Below, one piece after another: positions 54,716 to 62,673 of a stretch of DNA of 64,000 nt. The position numbers were made by a program, and so were the translations under genes. Source of the DNA: Candidatus Woesearchaeota archaeon (GTDB taxonomy: Archaea; Nanobdellota; Nanobdellia; Woesearchaeales; 21-14-0-10-32-9); contig JAHKLZ010000044.1 of the NCBI GenBank assembly GCA_020854775.1, positions 6,415 through 70,414 of the forward strand. Direction: 5' to 3'. How positions within the stretch are numbered: the first letter of the stretch is position 1; each line of letters begins with the position of its first letter. Below the pieces are notes generated by a model, which saw only the letters and a program-made list of their open reading frames with translations, was not told the origin of the DNA and did not search any database.

Positions 54716-55249
54716 ATGAAAATACAAAAAAGATTAGCATCACAAGTCCTTGACGTATCACAAAAAAGAGTAAAATTTGATACTCAAAGACTAGCAGACA
54801 TAAAAGAAGCAATCACCAAGACAGACATAAGACAATTAGTCTCAGAAAAAGCAATAACTAAAGTCCAAGAAAAAGGAGTATCAAGAGGAAGAGCAAGAAA
54901 AATAAAAACCCAAAAATCCAAAGGACTAAGAAAAGGACCAGGATCAAGACAAGGAAAATCAACAGCTAGATTACCAAGAAAAGAATCATGGATGAATAAA
55001 ATAAGAAGTCAAAGAAAATTCCTAACAGAACTAAAAGAAAAACAACTAATATCACTAAAAACATACAGAAACATATACATGAAATGCAAAGGAGGCTTTT
55101 TTAGAAGCACAAGACATATCAAATTGTATTTAGAAGAACACAAATTGTTTCAAAAAAAAGAAACGAAACAAACAGATAATAAAACAGAAAAAGAAACAAA
55201 GACAGTAAAAAAAACAACTAAGAAAACAACAAATAAAACCAAGAAGTGA
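54716..55249 (+). CDS. rpl19e: 50S ribosomal protein eL19 with K/T-rich tail
   Basis: The N-terminal block is QKRLASQVLDVSQKRVKFD. The tail is ..KTEKETKTVKKTTKKTTNKTKK. Confidence 0.95.
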   Translation: MKIQKRLASQVLDVSQKRVKFDTQRLADIKEAITKTDIRQLVSEKAITKVQEKGVSRGRARKIKTQKSKGLRKGPGSRQGKSTARLPRKESWMNKIRSQRKFLTELKEKQLISLKTYRNIYMKCKGGFFRSTRHIKLYLEEHKLFQKKETKQTDNKTEKETKTVKKTTKKTTNKTKK

Positions 55250-55255
55250 TGATTT

Positions 55256-55771
55256 ATGAGTTCAACAACGAAATACACAGTTAAATACAGAAGAAAAAGA
55301 GAAGGTAGAACAAACTACAAAAAAAGATTAAACCTACTCAAAGGAAAAACAGACAGATTAATATTAAGAAAAACAAACACAAAAATAATATTACAAATAG
55401 TAAGATATGAATCCGAAGGAGATAAAGTACTAATAACAACTAACTCCTCAGAACTAAGAAAACACGGATGGAAACACTCTTGCAAAAACGTACCAGCAGC
55501 TTACTTAGCAGGATTAATATTAGCTAAAAAAGCAAAAGAGAAAAAAATCAAAAAAGCAATCCTAGATTTAGGATTAGAAACTCCACTAAAAGGATCAAGA
55601 CTATTCTCCGCATTAAAAGGAGTTACAGAAGGAGGATTAGAAATACCAGTTAACGAAGAAATATATCCAAACGAAGAAAGATTAAAAGGAGAACACATCG
55701 CATCATACTTAGAAAAACACAAAACAATAACACAAGACTTTGAGAAAATCAAAGAAAAAATCAAAGAGTGA
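55256..55771 (+). CDS. rpl18: 50S ribosomal protein uL18
   Basis: 171 aa. RRKREGRTNYKKR block. Confidence 0.95.
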   Translation: MSSTTKYTVKYRRKREGRTNYKKRLNLLKGKTDRLILRKTNTKIILQIVRYESEGDKVLITTNSSELRKHGWKHSCKNVPAAYLAGLILAKKAKEKKIKKAILDLGLETPLKGSRLFSALKGVTEGGLEIPVNEEIYPNEERLKGEHIASYLEKHKTITQDFEKIKEKIKE

Positions 55772-55776
55772 TAATC

Positions 55777-56583
55777 ATGCCAGAACAAAAATCAAAGAAA
55801 AAAACAATAAATAAAAAACAAGAAAGAGAAGAAGACTTACCATTACTAGAACCTGTCAACGAGGAACAAACCAAAATAGAAGTCATACCTCCAACAGAAT
55901 GGACACCAAAAACAGAACTAGGAAAAAAAGTACAAACAGGACAAATCACAAGTATGGATGAAATACTAGAATCAGGACAAGCAATAATGGAACCAGAAAT
56001 AGTAGATTCATTACTACAACTAGAATCAGAATTATTACTCATAGGACAAGCCAAAGGAAAATTCGGAGGCGGACAAAGAAGAATATTCAGGCAAACACAG
56101 AAAAAAACAAGAGAAGGAAACAAACCAAAATTTACAACATTAGCAGTAATAGGAAACAAAAACGGATACGTAGGAATAGGAATAGGAAAAAGCAAAGAAA
56201 CAGTACCAGCAAGAGAAAAAGCAATAAAAAACGCTAAATTAAACGTATTCAAAATCGCAAGAGGAAGCGGAAGCTGGGAATCAGACTCCAAAGAACCAAA
56301 TTCAATACCATTCGCAGTAACAGGAAAATGCGGAAGCGTAGAACTAACACTAATGCCAGCACCAAAAGGAAAAGGACTATGTGTAGAAAAAGAATGCGCA
56401 AAAATATTAGCATTAGCAGGAATACAAGATGTATGGTCAAAATCATTCGGGCAAACAAAGAATAAAATAAATATGATAACAGCGTGTGAAAAAGCACTAA
56501 AAGAATTAACAAAAATGAAAACAAGACCACACGACATAGAAGCACTATCAATGATAAAAGGATCAAAGGTGACTGAACAATGA
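55777..56583 (+). CDS. rps5: 30S ribosomal protein uS5
   Basis: Has the uS5 dsRBD and C-domain (..VIGNKNGYVGIGIGKSKE..AI.NAK). The ATG at 55777 after GTGAT is preferred over GTG 55768. Confidence 0.95.
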   Translation: MPEQKSKKKTINKKQEREEDLPLLEPVNEEQTKIEVIPPTEWTPKTELGKKVQTGQITSMDEILESGQAIMEPEIVDSLLQLESELLLIGQAKGKFGGGQRRIFRQTQKKTREGNKPKFTTLAVIGNKNGYVGIGIGKSKETVPAREKAIKNAKLNVFKIARGSGSWESDSKEPNSIPFAVTGKCGSVELTLMPAPKGKGLCVEKECAKILALAGIQDVWSKSFGQTKNKINMITACEKALKELTKMKTRPHDIEALSMIKGSKVTEQ

Positions 56584-56948
56584 GTAACGAAAAAAAAGAA
56601 AAAATAGCAGTCATCCTAGTAAGAGGATTAGTAGAATTAAGACAAGAAATAAAAGACACGCTAAGAATGTTAAACTTACAAAAAAAGAACGCGTGCGTAA
56701 TCTTAGAAGACAACCCAGTTAACAAAGGAATGCTAAAAAAAGTAGAAAACTACGTAACGTATGGAACAGTAACAGAAGAAACATTAAAATTACTAAAAGA
56801 AAAAAGACCAACAGCAAAAAAATTCTACTCATTACACCCACCAAGAGGCGGATTCGAAAGAAAAGGAATAAAAAAACCATTCCATTTGAAAGGCGCACTA
56901 GGAAACAGAAAAGAAAAAATGAATGATTTAATCAAAAAAATGTTATAA
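56580..56948 (+). CDS. rpl30: 50S ribosomal protein uL30
   Basis: 122 aa. IAVILVRGLVELRQEIKDTLRMLNL block. Confidence 0.95.
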   Translation: MSNEKKEKIAVILVRGLVELRQEIKDTLRMLNLQKKNACVILEDNPVNKGMLKKVENYVTYGTVTEETLKLLKEKRPTAKKFYSLHPPRGGFERKGIKKPFHLKGALGNRKEKMNDLIKKML

Positions 56949-56959
56949 AGGTTATAAAG

Positions 56960-57409
56960 ATGACACATAATAAAAGAAAAAAAAACAGTAGACAACGCGG
57001 AGAATGGACCCACGGATGGGGCGCTAAGAAAAAACACAGAGGCGCAGGACACAGAGGAGGAAGAGGAAACGCAGGCTCCGGAAAAAGAGGAGACGCAAAA
57101 AAACCTAGCTACTGGAAAGACGAAAAATACTTCGGAAAAAACGGATTCGTATCAATAAATAAAATAGAAATAAAAGCAATAGGAATATCACACCTAGACT
57201 CAATAATTGATACGCTAATAAAAACAGGAAAAGCCACAATTAATCAAGACACAATATCAATAAACTTAAAAGACATAAAATACCAAAAACTACTAGGAAC
57301 AGGAAACACACAAAGAAAACTAGAAATAACAACGGAAATGGCATCACCAAAAGCAATAGAAAAAATACAAAAAGCAGGCGGAAACATAAACCTGCCAAAA
57401 CAAGAATAA
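56960..57409 (+). CDS. rpl15: 50S ribosomal protein uL15
   Basis: 149 aa. G/R-rich N-terminus (HRGAGHRGGRGNAGSGKRG). Confidence 0.95.
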   Translation: MTHNKRKKNSRQRGEWTHGWGAKKKHRGAGHRGGRGNAGSGKRGDAKKPSYWKDEKYFGKNGFVSINKIEIKAIGISHLDSIIDTLIKTGKATINQDTISINLKDIKYQKLLGTGNTQRKLEITTEMASPKAIEKIQKAGGNINLPKQE

Positions 57410-57419
57410 GTGCAAAAAA

Positions 57420-58754
57420 ATGGGCGTCCTAGACACAATACTAAGTTACATACCAGAAGTAAAACCGCCAACACAAAAAAAACTATCATTCAACGCAAAA
57501 CTTAAATGGACAGGAATTGTACTAGCGTTATACTTCTTACTAGGACTCATACCACTATACGGATTAGAAGCAAATGCACTCGAACAATTCGAATTCTTAA
57601 GCACAGTACTAGGAGCAAGCTTCGGAAGCCTAATAACACTAGGTATAGGACCAATAGTAACAGCATCCATCATTCTACAACTACTAAAAGGAGCAGGAAT
57701 AATAAACATAGACTTAACAAAACAAGACGGAAAAAGAAAATTCCAAGGAATACAAAAACTATTAGCAATAATTTTTGTAGTAGTAGAAGCATTTATATTC
57801 GTATTTTTAGGAGGACTAACAGCACAAGCAGGAATAAGCCCACTAATACTAGTAGGACAAATAACACTAGGAGGACTATTCATAATACTAATGGATGAAA
57901 TAGTAAGCAAATACGGATTCGGATCAGGTGTCAGCTTATTCATCGCAGCAGGAGTCAGCCAACAAATATTCATACAACTATTCAGCCCATACCCATTCGA
58001 TAATCCCGCAGGAATGATACCAATAATATTCATCACTTTGTTCAATCCACAAACATCACTAGATGCACTGTATTTCCCAGTCGCAAGAGTAATCGCGACG
58101 CTAACAGTATTCTTTTTCGTAGTATATGTACAATCAATGAAAGTAGAAATACCACTAAGCTTCGGAAAAGTATCAGGACACGGAGTAAGATGGCCACTAA
58201 ACTTTCTATACGCAAACGTATTACCAATAATATTAGTATCCGCGTTGCTAGCAAACATGCAAATACTTGCCAACTTACTAGAAAGTAGAGGACAACAAGC
58301 ATTAGCAGGAATAGTAGCATGGACCACCGCGCCACCATTCTTAGAATCATTAATAGCAAGCAACATGACTTGGTTAATAATAGCACAATCACTAACATAC
58401 ATACTCGTTTACGTAATAGGAGCAACAATATTCAGCGTTTTCTGGGTACAAACATCAGGACTAGACGCGGCGAGCCAAGCAAAACAAATGGTTAGTTCAG
58501 GACTACAAATACCAGGATTTAGAAGAGACCCACGCGTATTAGAAAGATTACTAAAAAGATACATAGGACCACTAACGATCATGGGAGGAATAGCCATAGG
58601 ACTACTAGCAAGCGTAGCGGATCTAACACAAGCAATAGGGAGCGGAACAGGGATACTATTAGCAGTCATGATAATATACAAATTATACGAAGACATCGCG
58701 AAACAACACTTATACGACATGAACCCAACGATGAGAAAATTCATATCATTCTAA
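57420..58754 (+). CDS. secY: preprotein translocase subunit SecY
   Basis: 444 aa, 10 TM. Conserved position after rpl15. Confidence 0.95.
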   Translation: MGVLDTILSYIPEVKPPTQKKLSFNAKLKWTGIVLALYFLLGLIPLYGLEANALEQFEFLSTVLGASFGSLITLGIGPIVTASIILQLLKGAGIINIDLTKQDGKRKFQGIQKLLAIIFVVVEAFIFVFLGGLTAQAGISPLILVGQITLGGLFIILMDEIVSKYGFGSGVSLFIAAGVSQQIFIQLFSPYPFDNPAGMIPIIFITLFNPQTSLDALYFPVARVIATLTVFFFVVYVQSMKVEIPLSFGKVSGHGVRWPLNFLYANVLPIILVSALLANMQILANLLESRGQQALAGIVAWTTAPPFLESLIASNMTWLIIAQSLTYILVYVIGATIFSVFWVQTSGLDAASQAKQMVSSGLQIPGFRRDPRVLERLLKRYIGPLTIMGGIAIGLLASVADLTQAIGSGTGILLAVMIIYKLYEDIAKQHLYDMNPTMRKFISF

Positions 58755-58824
58755 AAAAAAGGATAAAAAAACAAATATTTAAATAAAGACTTGTGTTATT
58801 AAAAAAGAAGGTGAGTAAATAATA

Positions 58825-59583
58825 ATGGTTTTACAAACAATAATTCAAGGATTCATGGAACTACCTCATTTCTGGATAATATTTATACTATCTTTCATAG
58901 CAACAATAATAACAACAGTAATATACAAATACGCAACAGACCAAAAAAGAATAAAAGAAATAAAATTAAAACTAAAAGAACTAAGAAAAAAAACTAAGGA
59001 TCATCAAAAAGACACAAAAAAAGTAATGGAATTACAAAAAGAAATGATGAGCCTAAACATGGAAATGATGAAGCAATCATTCAAATCAATGCTTTATACA
59101 TTCATACCATTAATAATACTATTCACGTGGATGTCAGCTAATATTGCATACGCTCCAATAAATCCAGGACAAGAATTTACAGTAACAACGCAAATATCAA
59201 ATTCTTACATACACGACTTAAAAGATATAAATCTAACAATAATACCAAGCGGAGAAGTAACAAGAAACGAAGCACACGTTCCAAGAAAAGAAAACAAACG
59301 CGAAATACAATGGAAAATAACAGCGGAAGAAGAAGGAACACACACAATAATAATAGAAAGTCCAACGTTCAAAGAAACCAAAGAAGTACTTATTACCAAC
59401 ACTAAAAAATACGTAAATCCTATAAAAGACATAAAAAACAGCCAACTACTAAAAATAACAGTAGGAAACGAACCAGTAAAACCATTAAAACCAATAGGGC
59501 TAGGATTAAACTGGTTATGGACATATATATTATTATCAGTAGTCTTAAGCACAGGAATAAGGAAACTACTAAAAGTAGCCTAA
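58825..59583 (+). CDS. DUF106/EMC3-TMCO1-like (Oxa1-superfamily, archaeal YidC-like) membrane protein with enlarged extracytoplasmic loop
   Basis: TM1, then a K/E-rich coiled coil (KRIKEIKLKLKELRKKTKDHQKDTKKVMELQKEMMSLNMEMMKQSFK), then TM2, an ~115-aa beta-rich insert and TM3 (LNWLWTYILLSVVLSTGIRKLL). Occupies the conserved slot downstream of secY. Confidence 0.65.
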   Translation: MVLQTIIQGFMELPHFWIIFILSFIATIITTVIYKYATDQKRIKEIKLKLKELRKKTKDHQKDTKKVMELQKEMMSLNMEMMKQSFKSMLYTFIPLIILFTWMSANIAYAPINPGQEFTVTTQISNSYIHDLKDINLTIIPSGEVTRNEAHVPRKENKREIQWKITAEEEGTHTIIIESPTFKETKEVLITNTKKYVNPIKDIKNSQLLKITVGNEPVKPLKPIGLGLNWLWTYILLSVVLSTGIRKLLKVA

Positions 59584-59623
59584 TTCTAAAAAAAATATAA
59601 ACAATAACAAATTACTAATAAAA

Positions 59624-60316
59624 ATGAATCCAAATATAAAACTAGTAGGAACAAGTCATATCTCTCCAGAATCAAAGAAAAAAATAAATAGTGCATTTAA
59701 CGAACACAAACCAGACATAATATGTGTGGAATTAGATAAACAAAGACTACAAGGATTAATAGATAAAAACAGAAAAAGACCAGGAATAAAAGCAATAAAA
59801 CAATTAGGATTCACAGGATACTTATTTGCAATAATCGGAGGATACACACAAAAAAAATTAGGAAACATCACAGGCATGGCTCCAGGAGAAGAAATGCTAC
59901 TGGGAGTAACACTAGCACAAAGAAACAAACTAAGACTAGAACTAATAGATCAAGAAATAACTAAGACACTAAAAAAAATAAGCAAAACACCAATCAAAGA
60001 AAAACTAAAAATAATTCTAGACATAATAAAAGCACCATTTCAAAAAAAACAAAGAATGAAAATAGACATATCAAAAATACCAGAAGAAGAATTCGTAAAA
60101 AAACTAACAAAACAAGTCAAAGAAAGATATCCTTATATTTACAAAGTAATAATCGATGAAAGAAACAAAATAATGGCAAAAAAAATATTCTTACTACAAA
60201 GACAAAACCCAACACAAAGAATACTAGCAATAATAGGAGAAGGACACATAGAAGGAATCATAGAACAACTAAAAAAATTAGAACAAGACAACATAACATA
60301 CATTAAACAAAACTAA
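59624..60316 (+). CDS. TraB/PrgY/GumN-family protein
   Basis: The N-terminal LVGTSHISPESKKKINSAFNEHKPDIICVELD matches the TraB-family GTAHVS..S...V......PD.V.VEL block. The C-terminal block is AIIGEGHIEGI. Confidence 0.75.
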   Translation: MNPNIKLVGTSHISPESKKKINSAFNEHKPDIICVELDKQRLQGLIDKNRKRPGIKAIKQLGFTGYLFAIIGGYTQKKLGNITGMAPGEEMLLGVTLAQRNKLRLELIDQEITKTLKKISKTPIKEKLKIILDIIKAPFQKKQRMKIDISKIPEEEFVKKLTKQVKERYPYIYKVIIDERNKIMAKKIFLLQRQNPTQRILAIIGEGHIEGIIEQLKKLEQDNITYIKQN

Positions 60317-60324
60317 AAAAAAAA

Positions 60325-61128
60325 TTATTTCTTAACTTTTTGCTCAACCAAATTCCAAGACAAATCAAACAATTGAGTCAAAGTCTTAGAAAAGAAAGGA
60401 GTATTCAACCATATACCTACGTCGTAAGTCGGATGAACGTCATCATCACTAGCCATCATGAACATCATTGAAGAATTATCAACAATACAAAATCTTCCAG
60501 CTAAACCAAGATCTTTAATTTCAGAAATCTTTTTAAGCTCTTCAATATCAGCAGTAGTTTTCTTAATAGGCGCAGAAATTTTTATTTCAACACCTCTATC
60601 TTTTGCTTTTCTGAAATGCTTAAGTAAAAAATCAGCTTTTCTTTTAAGACCTTCTTCACTTGTTACAAGAACAACGCTTTTCTCAGCCTCTTTAATCATC
60701 ATTATTAATTGATTATGTAAATTATCTCTACCCTTCAAAGCACCAGTTATATCACTAGGCTCAACTAATTCAACACCTTTCTCATGAAGCGAAGTCAAAT
60801 CATTAAGAATATCAGTACCTCTTATTTCCTCTAATAACTTCACGTTTCTATCAGCTTCTTCTTTCACGTTCTTTTTAACACGTTCAAGAACTTCTCTAGG
60901 AGGAACAGCAATATACTTAATAGGCTTACCTATTTTCATAACAATAAAACCTTTTTTTTCAAGACTTTCTAAAACATCATAGCTTCTGCTTCTAGGAACA
61001 TTAGAAATATCGGATAATTCACCAGCGGTACTAACACCACGAGAAAGAAGCGCAGTCCAAATCTTCGCTTCATAACTATTAATTCCTAAATCTTTGAGTT
61101 TGTTTAAAAAGTCTTTCTGTACTAACAT
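60325..61128 (-). CDS. TrmB-family transcriptional regulator (paralog 2)
   Basis: 267 aa. Colinear with paralog 1 over its full length. The wHTH block is nearly identical (YEAKIWTALLSRGVSTAGELSDISNVPRSRSYDVLESLEKKGF). Confidence 0.8.
   Translation of the reverse strand: MLVQKDFLNKLKDLGINSYEAKIWTALLSRGVSTAGELSDISNVPRSRSYDVLESLEKKGFIVMKIGKPIKYIAVPPREVLERVKKNVKEEADRNVKLLEEIRGTDILNDLTSLHEKGVELVEPSDITGALKGRDNLHNQLIMMIKEAEKSVVLVTSEEGLKRKADFLLKHFRKAKDRGVEIKISAPIKKTTADIEELKKISEIKDLGLAGRFCIVDNSSMMFMMASDDDVHPTYDVGIWLNTPFFSKTLTQLFDLSWNLVEQKVKK
60897..60930. repeat. 34-nt exact DNA repeat shared with TrmB paralog 1 (copy at 12777-12810)
   Basis: Identical string taggaggaacagcaatatacttaataggcttacc. Confidence 0.9.
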
Positions 61129-61265
61129 TAATAATCACCTTGTAAATTTTTACGCCTTAATAGTGAGTAATACCATCTAATTTATAAAGATTTTGATTTT
61201 GTAACTATTAATAAGTGAAGACAAACACGTTATTTAAAGAAAAAAAAGAAAAAAAGAAAAAAAAA

Positions 61266-61640
61266 CTAACTCCTAGACGCCATATAAATATCAAAAAGAC
61301 CAGGACAAACTTCCTCTACCTTCTCATGAAAAAACTGCTCATACAACTCATTACCAATCAACAACTCATTATAACTCAAAGCCTCCTCACGAGTCAAATC
61401 ATACAATTCATTAATCTCAGAGTAACTTTTATAGTCTGCACTTCTACCAGGATAACCATCAAAACTAGCATAATTATCTTGACAAAAAGTCTCAGCAAAA
61501 AAACCACTCAATCTCCTCAACAAAAGAACTTCCTCAGACTCAACAACTTCAACAACGTCATCATCCTGAACAACGTCTCTAGAAGAACAACCAACCAAGA
61601 ACAAAACAAAAACTAAAATCATAAATAAATAATATCTCAC
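61266..61640 (-). CDS. small secreted/lipoprotein-like protein
   Basis: Signal peptide with a lipobox-like LVGC (MRYYLFMILVFVLFLVGCSS), followed by an acidic domain. The overlapping + strand ORF 61215-61616 is judged an antisense artefact. Confidence 0.55.
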   Translation of the reverse strand: MRYYLFMILVFVLFLVGCSSRDVVQDDDVVEVVESEEVLLLRRLSGFFAETFCQDNYASFDGYPGRSADYKSYSEINELYDLTREEALSYNELLIGNELYEQFFHEKVEEVCPGLFDIYMASRS

Positions 61641-61746
61641 CTAAAACACCTCCAAAAAACACATAAAAACAAAAAAGAACAACTAAGTATATAAATCTTA
61701 TTCAAAAAAAGACCAAACAAATAAAAAATAATTAAAGAAAAAAAAA

Positions 61747-62124
61747 TTAATTAGCAGAAGATTCACTCACATCAGAAACAACAGGCTTATCAACCTTAAC
61801 CTTATCATCTTTCTTACTAACTTTTTTAGACTCAACAACCTTCTTAACCTTAACTCTCTTAACTCTAGGCTCAGGCTTCTTAGACTTAGGCTCAAAAAAA
61901 CCCAAACCAAGATCAGAAAAAACCTTCTTAACCTCATCCCTAGAAGCACCCTTCTTAACCTTAACAACCTTATCTAAAGGCTCCAAATGAAGAATATTAC
62001 ACTTCTTACGACGAGTCTCACCATCAATCAAAACATAATTACCATCAAGGACATCAACAACAACACAAGTCTTATTAGCATCCCTACCAGCAATTTTCAA
62101 ACATAATCTACCAATTTCCATCAT
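61747..62124 (-). CDS. rpl14e: 50S ribosomal protein eL14 with K/V-rich C-terminal extension
   Basis: KOW-like N-terminus IGRLCLKIAGRDANKTCVVVDVLD. The tail is KKPEPRVKRVKVKKVVESKKVSKKDDKVKVDKP... Confidence 0.85.
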   Translation of the reverse strand: MMEIGRLCLKIAGRDANKTCVVVDVLDGNYVLIDGETRRKKCNILHLEPLDKVVKVKKGASRDEVKKVFSDLGLGFFEPKSKKPEPRVKRVKVKKVVESKKVSKKDDKVKVDKPVVSDVSESSAN

Positions 62125-62179
62125 TTTTACTTCCTCCGAACCTTAGAAAACAATTAAGCGTCACCACCTAATCAAAGGT

Positions 62180-62452
62180 TCACAATTCTTTACTTCTAGC
62201 TCTCTTCTTTAACTCTTGCCTACCAGCTTTAGAAGAAAGGACTCCTCCAAAAGGTCTCTGAGGTCTCTTCTCAGTCTTAGCCAAATTCCTCATCTTAACA
62301 GGCAACTCTCTAGGAACACCCTTAAGCTTCTCACCAGTAACAGGACAACTACCAACTTTAGGCTTTCTCCTATCATAAACAGTCTTAGTCCCATTAATAG
62401 TCCTAACTTGCCTCCTAGCAAAAGTTCTTGATTTAGTTTTACTTTGCGTCAT
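62180..62452 (-). CDS. rpl34e: 50S ribosomal protein eL34
   Basis: MTQSKTKSRTFARRQVRTINGTKTVYDRRKPKVGSCPVTGEKLKGV. The upstream in-frame ATG (62476) lies inside the TATA box, so the ATG at 62452 is preferred. Confidence 0.85.
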   Translation of the reverse strand: MTQSKTKSRTFARRQVRTINGTKTVYDRRKPKVGSCPVTGEKLKGVPRELPVKMRNLAKTEKRPQRPFGGVLSSKAGRQELKKRARSKEL

Positions 62453-62474
62453 AAAAAAACAGAAAAGATTAACC

Positions 62475-62484
62475 ATTTATAAAT
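62475..62484 (-). promoter_or_regulatory. TATA box of the eL34-eL14 unit (leaderless)
   Basis: The minus strand reads ATTTATAAAT, ending 22 nt upstream of the ATG at 62452. Confidence 0.55.
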
Positions 62485-62673
62485 CTTATTCAAAAAAATA
62501 ACCAAAAAAAACAAAGAATAATAAAACATAACAAAACAACAAAAAAATAAAAGAAAACACTTATAAATAAACTTGCTTTTTCTCCTCTAATAACAAACAC
62601 ATTTTTTAATCATTTAAAAAATAAACAAAAATACTCTGAAAAACAACAAAAAATAACCAAAAAAGGTGCGCCG

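Noticed and set aside
61215-61616. 133-aa plus-strand ORF overlapping the small lipoprotein gene.
   Set aside because: Its translation is K/T/N/I/L low-complexity, typical of antisense artefacts. The minus-strand ORF has a signal peptide with a lipobox and a normal composition.
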